Assembly (NCBI GenBank): GCA_963822965.1
Contig: CAWGJT010000010.1
Span: 544,001-608,000, forward strand
DNA from: an uncultured delta proteobacterium
GTDB taxonomy: Bacteria; Myxococcota_A; UBA9160; UBA4427
Direction of reading: 5' to 3'
Length of the DNA stretch: 64,000 nucleotides
Below are positions 30,757 through 40,586 of this stretch, piece after piece. The notes beneath the pieces were generated by a model, which was given only the letters and a program-made list of their open reading frames with translations, had not been told where the DNA came from and ran no database searches. The number at the start of each line of letters is the position of its first letter. The stretch's first letter is position 1. Both the position numbers and the translations under genes were made by a program.

Positions 30757-31862
30757 TGGCGCTCGAGAAGATCGTCAAGCCGCACATCCTGGAGATCAAG
30801 CCCTACCAGCCGGGCAAGCCGGTGGAGGCCCTCGAGCGGGAGCTGGGCATCTCGGGCGCGATCAAGATCGCCTCCAACGAGAATCCCTACGGGCCGTCCC
30901 CGAAGGCCATCGAGGCGATGCGCGCCGCCCTTTGCGAGATGCACCGCTACCCCGACGGCGCGGGCTTCTCGCTGCGCCAGAAGCTGGCCGCGCGCTTCTC
31001 CGTGGATCCGGCCCAGCTCGTCTTCGGCTGCGGCGCCGACGAGGTGCTGGAGCTGCTCGCGAAGAGCTTCCTCGGCCCCGGCGACGAGGTCGTCTACGCC
31101 TGGCCGTCGTTCGCCATGTATCCGGTGGTCGTGAAGGGCATGGGGGCCACCTCGGTGCAGGTTCCGCTCGACGCCGACCTGGTGCACGACCTGCGCGCGC
31201 TGGCCGCCGCCGTCACGCCCCGCACGAAGATGGTGATCCTGTGCAACCCGAACAACCCGACCGGGACGAGCTTCGGCGCGGCGGCGTTCGACGCGTTCGC
31301 CGCCTCGCTGCCGGACGACCTCGTGCTGGTGGTCGACGAGGTGTACTGGGACTTCGCCCGCCGTGACGACTTCCCGGACACGCTCTCGTGGCTGCGCCGC
31401 CGACCCGGGACGATCTCGGTGCGCAGCTTCTCGAAGCTGTACGGCCTGGCGGGGCTGCGCATCGGCTACGGAATCTGCGACCCGGAGCTCGCCAGCATCC
31501 TCGACCGCGCGCGGCATCCCTTCAACGTGAGCCGCCTGGCCGAGATCGCTGCGGTGGCCGCGCTCGACGACGTCGAGCACGTCGAGCGCACCCTCGCGGG
31601 AAACCGGCAGGGAGCGGAGATGCTCACCCGCGAGCTCGAGGCGCTGGGCGTCGAGGTGTGGCCGACCGACACGAACTTCATGCTCTGCCGAACGGCCGCC
31701 ACCGGCGCCGAGACCTATCAAGCGCTGCTGCGCGAGGGCGTGATCGTGCGGCCGCTGCCGGGCACGGGTCTGGATCACCACGTTCGCATCACCATCGGCA
31801 CCCCCGAGGAGAACGAGCGACTCGTGAAGGCGATGCGCAAGCTCGCGGAGGGGGCGCGGTGA
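30756..31862 (+). CDS. hisC: Histidinol-phosphate/aromatic aminotransferase
   Basis: YQPGKP, ASNENP.GPSP, RYPD, NPNNPTG and RSFSKLYGLAGLRIGY. Confidence 0.93.
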   Translation: MALEKIVKPHILEIKPYQPGKPVEALERELGISGAIKIASNENPYGPSPKAIEAMRAALCEMHRYPDGAGFSLRQKLAARFSVDPAQLVFGCGADEVLELLAKSFLGPGDEVVYAWPSFAMYPVVVKGMGATSVQVPLDADLVHDLRALAAAVTPRTKMVILCNPNNPTGTSFGAAAFDAFAASLPDDLVLVVDEVYWDFARRDDFPDTLSWLRRRPGTISVRSFSKLYGLAGLRIGYGICDPELASILDRARHPFNVSRLAEIAAVAALDDVEHVERTLAGNRQGAEMLTRELEALGVEVWPTDTNFMLCRTAATGAETYQALLREGVIVRPLPGTGLDHHVRITIGTPEENERLVKAMRKLAEGAR

Positions 31863-32902
31863 AGCCTCTCTTCTCGCGGGTGGCGGTGCTCGGCCTGGGG
31901 CTGCTGGGCGGCTCCGTGGCGGCCGCGGCCCGCACGCGCGGGGTCGCGGGGCACGTCGTCGGGTACGGCCGGCGGCGGGCGCCGCTCGAGCGTGCCCTCG
32001 CCGCGGGCTTCGTCGACAGCGTCGTCGACGGCGAAGCGGGAGCCGCGCTGGCGGTGCGCGACGCCGATCTCGTGGTCCTGGCGACGCCCGTCAGCAGCAT
32101 GGCCGCGGTGCTGGAGGCGGCGGCGCCGGGCCTCGCCCGAGGCGTGCTGGTGACCGACGTGGGCAGCGTGAAGGCGCCGCTGGCCGAACGGCTGCCCGGC
32201 CTGCTCCCCGCCGGTGCGGTCTACGTGGGCTCCCATCCCATGGCGGGCAGCCACGAGACGGGGGTGGAGCACGCGAGGGCCGACCTGCTGGAGGACGCCT
32301 GCTGCGTGGTGACTCCGCCCGCGGGCGTGGATCCCGTGCGGGTCGAGCGCCTGACGGCGTTCTGGCGCGCCCTGGGCGGCACCGTGGTTTCACGGGAGCC
32401 CGCGGTGCACGACGCCGAGGTGGCGTGGGTGAGTCACCTTCCCCACGTGCTTGCCTTCGCATACGCCCGCGCCCTGGCCGCTGCGCCCCCCTCGGCGGGC
32501 GAGCTGGCGGGCTCGGGGTTTCGTGACTTCGTCCGCATTGCCCGCAGCGACTCCGAGCTGTGGGGCGACATCCTGGGCCTCAACCGCAAGGCCCTGGCGG
32601 GCCCTCTGCGTGCGTTCTCCGAGGCGCTGGAGGAGCTGGCCCGGGCGATCGAGGCAGGGGACGAGAGCGCGATCGCGGCCCGCGACGACCTCCTGGCCGC
32701 CGCCTCCCGCCGCCTCGATTCGATTTCACCTGCAAATTCGCTGGCATCCGATCCCGTGTCGGCGCAAACTGGGGCCCGCCCCACGCCGGCCGCGCGGCCC
32801 GGCCCGAACGACACTGACTGCGCCCGATCCGGGGGCGAAAACCCGGAAATCCAGGCTGCCCCCAGAGCGGCGGCCACCAGGAGCATCAACCGAAACTCAT
32901 GA
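31859..32902 (+). CDS. tyrA: Prephenate/arogenate dehydrogenase with low-complexity C-terminal tail
   Basis: GLGLLGGS, DVGSVK, HPMAG, HD...A.VSHLPH and GFRDF.RIA. Confidence 0.92.
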   Translation: MKPLFSRVAVLGLGLLGGSVAAAARTRGVAGHVVGYGRRRAPLERALAAGFVDSVVDGEAGAALAVRDADLVVLATPVSSMAAVLEAAAPGLARGVLVTDVGSVKAPLAERLPGLLPAGAVYVGSHPMAGSHETGVEHARADLLEDACCVVTPPAGVDPVRVERLTAFWRALGGTVVSREPAVHDAEVAWVSHLPHVLAFAYARALAAAPPSAGELAGSGFRDFVRIARSDSELWGDILGLNRKALAGPLRAFSEALEELARAIEAGDESAIAARDDLLAAASRRLDSISPANSLASDPVSAQTGARPTPAARPGPNDTDCARSGGENPEIQAAPRAAATRSINRNS

Positions 32903-34653
32903 GCGAAACCACTCACACCGAAGCGAGCACCGAAGCAGGCAACCAAGCGAGCAAGGCGAGCGGTCACCACGAGGAATCCTTCGCGGAGCTGTTCAGCAAG
33001 GGCCCGTCGTCCATCAAGGAGGGCGAGGTCAGCCGAGGCGTCGTCCTCTCCATCGACGACGAGTTCGTCCAGGTCGACATCGGCTTCAAGTCCGAGGGCC
33101 TCGTCCCGGCCTGGGAGTTCATGACCGAGGACGGCGAGATGACCGTCAAGGTCGGGGACACCGTGGACGTCCTCGTCGAGGTCGCCGAGGACCAGGACGG
33201 CCGCGTGGTCCTGTCCAAGGAGAAGGCCGAGCGCCTGAAGATCTGGGACGAGATCAGCAACGCCTACGAGAACGACGAGGCCGTCGAGGGCACCATCATC
33301 TCGCGGGTGAAGGGCGGTCTCTCCGTCGACATCGGCGTGAAGGCCTTCCTGCCGGGATCCCAGGTGGACCTGCGGCCGGTGCGCAATCTCGAGGCCCTGA
33401 TCGGCGAGAAGGCGAACTTCAAGATCATCAAGTTCAACAAGCGCCGGGGCAACATCGTGCTCTCGCGGCGCGCCCTGCTCGAGACCGAGCGCCGGCGCCT
33501 GCGCGAGTCCACGCTGGAGAACCTGCAGACGGGGCAGATCGTCGACGGCGTGATCAAGAACCTCACCGACTACGGTGCGTTCATCGATCTCGGCGGCATC
33601 GACGGCCTGCTGCACATCACCGACATGTCGTGGGGTCGGATCAACCACCCGAGCGAGCTGTTCCAGGTGGGCGACGAGATCAAGGTGAAGGTGCTCAAGT
33701 TCGACCAGGACTCCGAGCGCGTCTCCCTCGGCCTCAAGCAGATCCAGCCCGACCCGTGGGTCGACGCGGCCATGCGCTACCCGATCGGGCAGCGGCTGAA
33801 CGGCAAGGTGGTCTCGCTCACGGACTACGGCGCGTTCATCGAGCTGGAGCCCGGCATCGAGGGGCTGGTGCACGTCTCCGAGATGTCCTGGACGAAGCGC
33901 ATCAAGCACCCGTCCAAGGTGGTCTCGGTGGGCGACACCGTGGAGGCGGTGGTGCTCGACGTGGACGAGCGCGCCCGGAAGATCTCGCTGGGCATGAAGC
34001 AGATCGAGGAGAACCCCTGGACGGTCATCGAGGAGCAGTACCCGGTGAACTCGGTCGTCGAGGGGACGGTCCGCAACATCACGAACTTCGGCGTCTTCAT
34101 CGGTCTCGAGGAAGGCATCGACGGGCTCGTGCACGTCTCGGACATCTCGTGGACGGAGCAGATCAAGCACCCGAGCGAGAAGTTCCAGAAGGGCGACGTC
34201 GTCAAGGCGATCGTGCTGAAGATCGACAAGGAGAACGAGAAGTTCTCCCTGGGCATCAAGCAGCTCGAGCCCAATCCCTGGGACGACATCCAGAAGAAGT
34301 ACGCGATCGGCACGGAGATCAGCGGGCCGATCACGAGCGTCACGGACTTCGGCGTCTTCGTCCGCCTCGAAGAGGGGATCGAGGGCCTGGTCTACAGCTC
34401 CGAGCTGGCCAAGGAGCGGGTCGAGAAGCCCTCGGACCGCTTCGAGGCCGGGCAGGAGGTGACGGCCCTCGTCACGAAGGTGGAGCCCTCGGAGCAGAAG
34501 ATCTCCCTCTCCATCCGCGCCGTGGACGACAAGGCGGAGCGGGCGGCGCTCAAGGAGCTCGCTGCGAAGCAGTCGACCAGTCAGACCACGACCCTCGGCG
34601 ATCTCCTCAAGGAGAAGCTCGCCGCGAAGGGCGAGGAGGATCAGGCCGAATGA
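32899..34653 (+). CDS. rpsA: 30S ribosomal protein S1
   Basis: Six S1 repeats (DIGFKSEG, AFLPGSQVD, YGAFIDL.GIDGLLHITDMSW and others). Confidence 0.98.
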   Translation: MSETTHTEASTEAGNQASKASGHHEESFAELFSKGPSSIKEGEVSRGVVLSIDDEFVQVDIGFKSEGLVPAWEFMTEDGEMTVKVGDTVDVLVEVAEDQDGRVVLSKEKAERLKIWDEISNAYENDEAVEGTIISRVKGGLSVDIGVKAFLPGSQVDLRPVRNLEALIGEKANFKIIKFNKRRGNIVLSRRALLETERRRLRESTLENLQTGQIVDGVIKNLTDYGAFIDLGGIDGLLHITDMSWGRINHPSELFQVGDEIKVKVLKFDQDSERVSLGLKQIQPDPWVDAAMRYPIGQRLNGKVVSLTDYGAFIELEPGIEGLVHVSEMSWTKRIKHPSKVVSVGDTVEAVVLDVDERARKISLGMKQIEENPWTVIEEQYPVNSVVEGTVRNITNFGVFIGLEEGIDGLVHVSDISWTEQIKHPSEKFQKGDVVKAIVLKIDKENEKFSLGIKQLEPNPWDDIQKKYAIGTEISGPITSVTDFGVFVRLEEGIEGLVYSSELAKERVEKPSDRFEAGQEVTALVTKVEPSEQKISLSIRAVDDKAERAALKELAAKQSTSQTTTLGDLLKEKLAAKGEEDQAE

Positions 34654-34997
34654 CGAAGAGCGGGCTCATCGAGGACGTCGCGCGCCGGACGCCGCACATC
34701 TCCAAGAAGGATACGGAGGTCGTGGTCAACACGATCTTCGACTCGATGATCGAGGCCCTCAAGGAGGGCGACCGCATCGAGATCCGCGGCTTCGGGAGCT
34801 TCCAGGTCAAGGTGCGGGAAGCTCGCGAAGGTCGGAATCCGAAGACCGGTGAGCCCGTGCACATCTCCGCGAAGCGGACACCGTTCTTCAAGGTCGGCAA
34901 GGAGCTCAAGGAGATGGTGGACCGCTCGCCGGATCCGACTTCGGGCAAGGACGTGGACGACGACGAGGCGGACGAGCAGGAGACGGTGTCGGCATGA
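34650..34997 (+). CDS. ihfB: Integration host factor beta subunit
   Basis: MTKS.LI, RIEIRGFGSF, GRNPKTG and PFFKVGKELKE; follows rpsA. Confidence 0.93.
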   Translation: MTKSGLIEDVARRTPHISKKDTEVVVNTIFDSMIEALKEGDRIEIRGFGSFQVKVREAREGRNPKTGEPVHISAKRTPFFKVGKELKEMVDRSPDPTSGKDVDDDEADEQETVSA

Positions 34998-35138
34998 GTC
35001 GCCGGACGGCTCGGGCTCGAGCGGGGTGAGCGACCGCTGAGCCGAGGACGGGCATCCGCCCGGGCCCCGGGTCCGGAAGGCGGTGGGTCGGTACGAGAGG
35101 GGGGCTCGGGAGGGGATCCTTCCGCCCGCGGAGGGGCT

Positions 35139-35537
35139 GTGGCGAGGAACGGGAGCGGCCGGAGCATCGTCTGGATTCGCCGGCTGGTGCCCATGGGCGT
35201 GGGCGCCGGGCTCCTGTACCTCGCCTGGCGCCTCGTCACCGCGAACGGCGACGAGGTGACGGTCGACTTCCTCGTGGGTCGCGTGGGTCTCCCCCTGTGG
35301 CAGGCGCTCGGCACCGCGTTCCTGTTGGGGGCGGTGGGCGTCGGGGTCTACACCCTCTACGCGTCGACCCGCAGCCGTCTCCTCCTGCGGCGCTATCGAA
35401 AGCAGCTGCGCAATCTGGAGGCCGAGGTGCACCAGCTCCGGAACCTTCCGCTGGCGCCCGCCGAGGACGGGGGAGCCGCGGACGAGGTCGACGTCGGGGC
35501 CCGGTCGCCGGAACGCATTCGCGGGACGGGTTCCTAG
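35139..35537 (+). CDS. lapA: LapA (lipopolysaccharide assembly protein A)-like membrane protein
   Basis: TM-N...V.VDF-TM followed by a coiled coil ending LRNLP; located after ihfB. Confidence 0.72.
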   Translation: MARNGSGRSIVWIRRLVPMGVGAGLLYLAWRLVTANGDEVTVDFLVGRVGLPLWQALGTAFLLGAVGVGVYTLYASTRSRLLLRRYRKQLRNLEAEVHQLRNLPLAPAEDGGAADEVDVGARSPERIRGTGS

Positions 35538-35539
35538 GC

Positions 35540-36628
35540 ATGGCCTCGGCGCGACGCTGGCTCGGCTTCTCCGGGAAACGCCGCGGTCGGGCGGCGTCGC
35601 AGGACCGCGAGCTGGCGACGACGTTCCGGCGGGCCCTGCTGGCGGTGCTCGAGGGCGATACCGACCGCGCCGAAGCGCTCATCAGCGAGGCCGTGCGCGT
35701 GGACTCGGAGGACGTGGAGCCGTACCGGTCCCTGGCGCGCCTCTACCGCCAGCGCGGCGAGGTGGGGCGCGCCATCCGCATCCACCAGAACCTGCTCCTG
35801 CGCCGGGATCTCGAGCCCGCGGACCGCAACGCGGTGCTCGCCGAGCTGGCTGCCGACTTCCGGCAGGGTGGCTTCCTCAAGCGAGCGATCGCTTCGTACC
35901 AGGAGGTGCTCGCCCACGAGCCGCGCAACCGGGACGCCCTCGCGGCGCTCACCGAGCTGCTCGGCGAGGCGCGCGACCACGCCGGGGCGCTGGCGGCCGC
36001 GCGGCGCCTGGAACGCGTGACGCGCCAGCGGGACCCGGCGCGGGAGTCGCGGCTCTGGCTGCGGCTGGCGGAGGCGGAGCACGCGGAGGGCCGGCACGAC
36101 GCGGCCCGCAAGGCGGTGAAGCGGGCGCTGCGGCGGGACGGGGAGAACGCGGACGCGCGCATCCTGCTGGGAACCCTCGAGGCCGAGCGCGGCAAGAACA
36201 AGGCGGCGCTGGCGGCCTGGCGCGAGGTCGCGTCCCGGGGCGGCCCCCGCGCCGCGGACGTCTACCCGCGCATCCGGGCGGGCTTCGGGGCGCTCGGGCG
36301 CGCGCGGGACTACGAGACCTTCCTGCGCGGCCTGCTCGCGGATCGTCCCGACGACGCGGCCGCACGCATCGCCCTGGCCCAGGCGCTCGCCGTCCGGGGA
36401 GAGGTCGACCCGGCCGTCCTCGAGCTGCGACGCGTGCTCGACAACCGGCCGCAGCACGACGAGGCGCGCGTCGCCCTGGGGCGCCTGCTGCTCGAGGTCG
36501 GCCGCGACGCCGACGCCCTCAAGGCCTACGGCGAGCTGCTCGAGCAGCTCGCGGGCCGACGCGCGGCGGCAGACGCCCCGGCGCCGCTCGCCGCCCTCGA
36601 CCCGGACGCGGAAGGGCCTACCGGGTGA
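35540..36628 (+). CDS. LapB-like tetratricopeptide-repeat protein
   Basis: LYRQRGEVGRAIRIHQNLL.R and LA.DF...GFL.RA; TPR repeats; follows lapA; no C-terminal CxxC pairs. Confidence 0.78.
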   Translation: MASARRWLGFSGKRRGRAASQDRELATTFRRALLAVLEGDTDRAEALISEAVRVDSEDVEPYRSLARLYRQRGEVGRAIRIHQNLLLRRDLEPADRNAVLAELAADFRQGGFLKRAIASYQEVLAHEPRNRDALAALTELLGEARDHAGALAAARRLERVTRQRDPARESRLWLRLAEAEHAEGRHDAARKAVKRALRRDGENADARILLGTLEAERGKNKAALAAWREVASRGGPRAADVYPRIRAGFGALGRARDYETFLRGLLADRPDDAAARIALAQALAVRGEVDPAVLELRRVLDNRPQHDEARVALGRLLLEVGRDADALKAYGELLEQLAGRRAAADAPAPLAALDPDAEGPTG

Positions 36629-39375
36629 GCACTTCCGCCCGCGACACACCGATGATGCGCCACTTCCTGCAGGTGAAGGCGCAGCACCCCGACGCCATCG
36701 TCCTGTACCGGATGGGCGACTTCTACGAGCTCTTCCTGGACGACGCCGAGCAGGCCGCCCCGCTCCTCGACCTGACCCTCACCACCCGGGACAAGGGCAA
36801 GCCGGACGCCGTGCCCATGTGCGGCTTCCCGGTGCACAGCGCCGACGGCTACATCAAGCGCCTCGCGGAGCTCGGCCATCGGGTGGCCGTCTGCGAGCAG
36901 GTGGAGGATCCGCGGAGCGCGGGCGGCAAGCGCCTCGTGAAGCGCGAGGTGGTCGAGGTGGTGACGCCCGGACTGGTGGGCGACCCGGAAGGCCTCGACG
37001 GCACGCGCGAGGTGGCGCTGGTCGCGATCTCGCCGCCGCACCGGGGGGAGATCGGCATCGCTGCCCTCGACGCGACCACCGGCGACTTCCGGGCGACGCG
37101 CGTGCGCGCTCCCGAGGAGTCCGGTGCGCCCTGGCCGGCGCTCGTCTGGGAGGAGCTCGAACGCATCGCGCCGCGCGAGGTGCTGCTGGACGCGGAGGCG
37201 GACGAGAGCCTGGTGAAGCGTCTCGCGGACCTGCTGCCCGGCCTCTCGGTCGAGCGGCTGGACGCCGGCCGCTTCGAGCCCGCCGACGCTCCCGTCCAGC
37301 CGGACGGCTTCGCGCCCCCCAGCGATGGCGCAGACGCCCGGGCGGCGGCGGCGCTGCTCTCGTATCTGGTGGAGAACCAGCCCTTCGCGTTGGCTCAGCT
37401 GCCCCGGCTGCGCCGCTACGAGCTCGGCGAGACCATGGTGCTCGACGCCGCGACGCGCGCCCATCTCGAGCTCTTCGAGAACGGCGTCGACCGTTCGCGA
37501 CGCGGCACGCTGGTCGAGCAGATCGACGCCACCACCACCGCGCTCGGCGCCCGCCGGATCGCGCGCTGGCTCGGCTACCCGCTGCTCGACCCGGAGGCGA
37601 TCCGGGTGCGCCAGGACGCGGTGGCCCATCTGGCCGACCGGGACCGGCTGCGAGCGCGCCTGCGCGAGAGCCTTCGCGCGGTGCGCGATCTCGAGCGCCT
37701 GCTCGCGAAGGCGATGCGGCCGGGCGCCGTGCCCCGGGATCTCGGCACCCTGCGCGCCTCGTTGCAGGCCCTGCCCGGGCTGGCACAGGTGCTGGCGGCC
37801 GGCGCGGAGGATCCGGACGGTGCGTTGCTCGGCGAGGAGACGGGCACCCGCGGCGCGCGTCCGTCCGCCCTGGAGCCTCCGCAGCCCCTGCCGGAGCTGC
37901 AGCAGCTCCTCGAGGACGGTCTCATCGACGATCCGCCGGTGGTGGCGCGCGGCTCACGCGGCGCGAACGAGACGGGCTACATCCGCGCGGGCTTCCGGGC
38001 CGAGCTCGACGCCCTCCGGGAGAGCGCCGGCAAGGGGCGCGAGTGGATCGCGGGCCTGGAAGCCGAAGAGCGCGCGCGAACGGGCATTCCGAGCCTGAAG
38101 GTCCGCTATCACCCGGTGCACGGATACTCGCTCGAGGTGACGAAGTCGCAGCTCGAGCGCGTGCCCGAGCGCTACGAGCGAAAGCAGACCCTCGCGAACG
38201 TCGAGCGCTTCACCACCGAGGAGCTGTCGGAGATGCAGGGCCGGGTGATCGGCGCGAACGAGCGCGCCGCCGAGCTCGAGCGCGAGATCTTCGAGTCGCT
38301 GCGGCAAGAGGTGGTGGGCGCGGCCGCCCGCGTTCGGGCCGCCGCCGAGCGGGTGGCCGAGATCGACGCGCTGGCGTCTCTGGCCGAGGTGGCGCGCCGG
38401 CGGCGCTGGGTGCGACCGCGGGTGGACACGGGCGAGACGCTCGACATCCGCGCGGGACGGCACCCCGTGGTGGAGGACGTGCTCGCTCGAGCGTCTGCCG
38501 ACGCCTTCGTGCCGAACGACACGGCCCTCGACCCGTCCGGATCCCAGATCCTGCTGCTGACGGGTCCCAACATGTCCGGCAAGAGCACCTACCTGCGGCA
38601 GGTGGCGCTCATCGCCCTGCTCGCGCAGACCGGCAGCTTCGTGCCGGCGGATTCCGCCCGCGTGGGCGTCGTCGACCGCATCTTCACCCGGGTCGGCGCC
38701 TCCGACCGACTCGCCCGGGGCGAATCCACCTTCATGGTCGAGATGCGGGAAACCGCGGAGATTCTCGCCCAGGCCTCCCGGCGCAGTCTGATCATCCTCG
38801 ACGAGATCGGGCGCGGCACCAGCACCTTCGACGGGCTGTCCATCGCCTGGGCGGTGGCCGAGTACCTGCACGACACGCCCGGTCTCGGCGCCCGCACCCT
38901 GTTCGCCACCCACTACCACGAGCTGACCGACCTCGCGCGCACGAAGGAGCGCGTGCGCAACGCGCACTTCGAGGCGCGCGAGTGGAAGGACGAGGTGGTC
39001 TTCCTGCGGCGGCTGGTCTCGGGCGGCGCGAGCCGCTCCTACGGCATCCAGGTGGCCCGTCTGGCCGGGCTGCCCCAGGTCGTGATCGAGCGCGCCCGGC
39101 AGATCCTCCACAACCTCGAGGAGAGCGAGCTCACCCGGGAAGGGCTCCCCCGCCTGGCGGGCGTCGATCTCGCGGATACGGGCGGCGGGCAGCTCTCCCT
39201 GGGCCTGCTGGACGGGTCCGCGGAGGCGGCGGTCGCCGCGCTTCCCGAGGAGCGCGAGGTGCTGTCGGCCCTGCGGGCCTTCGACGCCGAGCGCACCGCG
39301 CCCATCGACGCATTGCTGCTGCTTCGGGATCTCGCCGCGCGGGTGCGGGCGGCGGGCGGGGAAGGGGACGAGTGA
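36625..39375 (+). CDS. mutS: DNA mismatch repair protein MutS
   Basis: TPMM, RMGDFYELF, TGPNMSGKSTYLRQ, STFMVEM, DEIGRGTST, FATHYHEL and SYGIQVA. Confidence 0.97.
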   Translation: MSTSARDTPMMRHFLQVKAQHPDAIVLYRMGDFYELFLDDAEQAAPLLDLTLTTRDKGKPDAVPMCGFPVHSADGYIKRLAELGHRVAVCEQVEDPRSAGGKRLVKREVVEVVTPGLVGDPEGLDGTREVALVAISPPHRGEIGIAALDATTGDFRATRVRAPEESGAPWPALVWEELERIAPREVLLDAEADESLVKRLADLLPGLSVERLDAGRFEPADAPVQPDGFAPPSDGADARAAAALLSYLVENQPFALAQLPRLRRYELGETMVLDAATRAHLELFENGVDRSRRGTLVEQIDATTTALGARRIARWLGYPLLDPEAIRVRQDAVAHLADRDRLRARLRESLRAVRDLERLLAKAMRPGAVPRDLGTLRASLQALPGLAQVLAAGAEDPDGALLGEETGTRGARPSALEPPQPLPELQQLLEDGLIDDPPVVARGSRGANETGYIRAGFRAELDALRESAGKGREWIAGLEAEERARTGIPSLKVRYHPVHGYSLEVTKSQLERVPERYERKQTLANVERFTTEELSEMQGRVIGANERAAELEREIFESLRQEVVGAAARVRAAAERVAEIDALASLAEVARRRRWVRPRVDTGETLDIRAGRHPVVEDVLARASADAFVPNDTALDPSGSQILLLTGPNMSGKSTYLRQVALIALLAQTGSFVPADSARVGVVDRIFTRVGASDRLARGESTFMVEMRETAEILAQASRRSLIILDEIGRGTSTFDGLSIAWAVAEYLHDTPGLGARTLFATHYHELTDLARTKERVRNAHFEAREWKDEVVFLRRLVSGGASRSYGIQVARLAGLPQVVIERARQILHNLEESELTREGLPRLAGVDLADTGGGQLSLGLLDGSAEAAVAALPEEREVLSALRAFDAERTAPIDALLLLRDLAARVRAAGGEGDE

Positions 39376-40586
39376 GGACGCGACCCGCCGCCACCGTCCC
39401 GGCGCTGCTGCTCGTCGGCCTGCTGCCGTTGCTCGTGGGCGTCGACCGGCCGAAGGGGCTGGGCGACGTCGCGGACGTGCGGACCTGGTCCCACCCCGAC
39501 TACACGCGCGTGGTGGTGGAGCTCTCCCGGGGCGTCGACGCTCAGGTGGTGCGGCTGCCCGCGGACCCGCGGAGCCACCGTCCCGACCGGCTCTACGTCG
39601 ATCTCGAGGGCATCTGGGTCGGACGTCGCTACGCCGACGGCATCCCGGTGGGAGACGGCCTGCTGCGGCGGCTCCGGCTCGGACAGAACACGCTCACCCG
39701 ATCGCGCCTGGTGATCGACCTCGAGCGCTACGAGCGGCATCGCCTGCTGGTGCTGCAGTCGCCGGATCGGGTGGTGGTGGACGTCTACGGGTCGCGCGCC
39801 CATCCCGAGACCCTTTCGTGGCCGCGGCCCGAGGGCGTGCGCGATCCGGATTCCGTGCGCCTGCCCGCGAACCTGCGGCCGGTGCAGACGGTCGTGGTCG
39901 ACGCCGGCCACGGCGGCAAGGACCCCGGCGCGACCGGGCTCGGGGGCATTCGCGAGAAGGACGTGAACCTGCGGCTCTCGAAGCTGCTCGCCGCCGATCT
40001 GCGCCGGCAGGGCTTCGACGTCGTCCTGACCCGCGAGGACGACCGCTATCTCGATCTGGAGCAACGCACCGTCATCGCGGAGACGGCCCACGCGGACCTG
40101 TTCATCTCGATCCACGCGAACGCCTCGCGCCGCAAGGCCGCCAAGGGCATCGAGATCTACTACCTCGACGAGAACCACGAGCGGCACGCCCTCGACGTCG
40201 CGTCGCGGGAGAACGGCGTGCCCCGTTCCCAGATGGATTCGCTCCAGCGCACCCTCGCGAAGCTGCGCGTCCAGGAGCTCTCGACGGACTCCCACCGCCT
40301 CGCGGGCGCCGTCCACAGGGAGCTGCTCACCGGGCTCGGCAAGCAGTACCACGGGGTCGGCGATCTCGGGGTCAAGAAGGGGCCGTTCTACGTGCTCTTC
40401 CTCTCCAGCATCCCCTCGATCCTGGTCGAGTCCGGCTTCGTCACGAACCCCCACGATGTCTCGCTGCTGCGCAAGTCGAACTATCTCGAGGAGACGGCGC
40501 GACACATCGCCAACGGCGTGAACCGCTACCGCGACGGCACCATGAACCTCGCCGGGCGCGAACCGGGAAGCGAAGCGACCCGGTGA
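39372..40586 (+). CDS. N-acetylmuramoyl-L-alanine amidase (AMIN + Amidase_3)
   Basis: Signal peptide, YTRVVVEL/PDRLYVDL AMIN domain, VDAGHGGKDPGA, EKDVNL, FISIHAN and LVE.GF. Confidence 0.93.
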   Translation: MRTRPAATVPALLLVGLLPLLVGVDRPKGLGDVADVRTWSHPDYTRVVVELSRGVDAQVVRLPADPRSHRPDRLYVDLEGIWVGRRYADGIPVGDGLLRRLRLGQNTLTRSRLVIDLERYERHRLLVLQSPDRVVVDVYGSRAHPETLSWPRPEGVRDPDSVRLPANLRPVQTVVVDAGHGGKDPGATGLGGIREKDVNLRLSKLLAADLRRQGFDVVLTREDDRYLDLEQRTVIAETAHADLFISIHANASRRKAAKGIEIYYLDENHERHALDVASRENGVPRSQMDSLQRTLAKLRVQELSTDSHRLAGAVHRELLTGLGKQYHGVGDLGVKKGPFYVLFLSSIPSILVESGFVTNPHDVSLLRKSNYLEETARHIANGVNRYRDGTMNLAGREPGSEATR

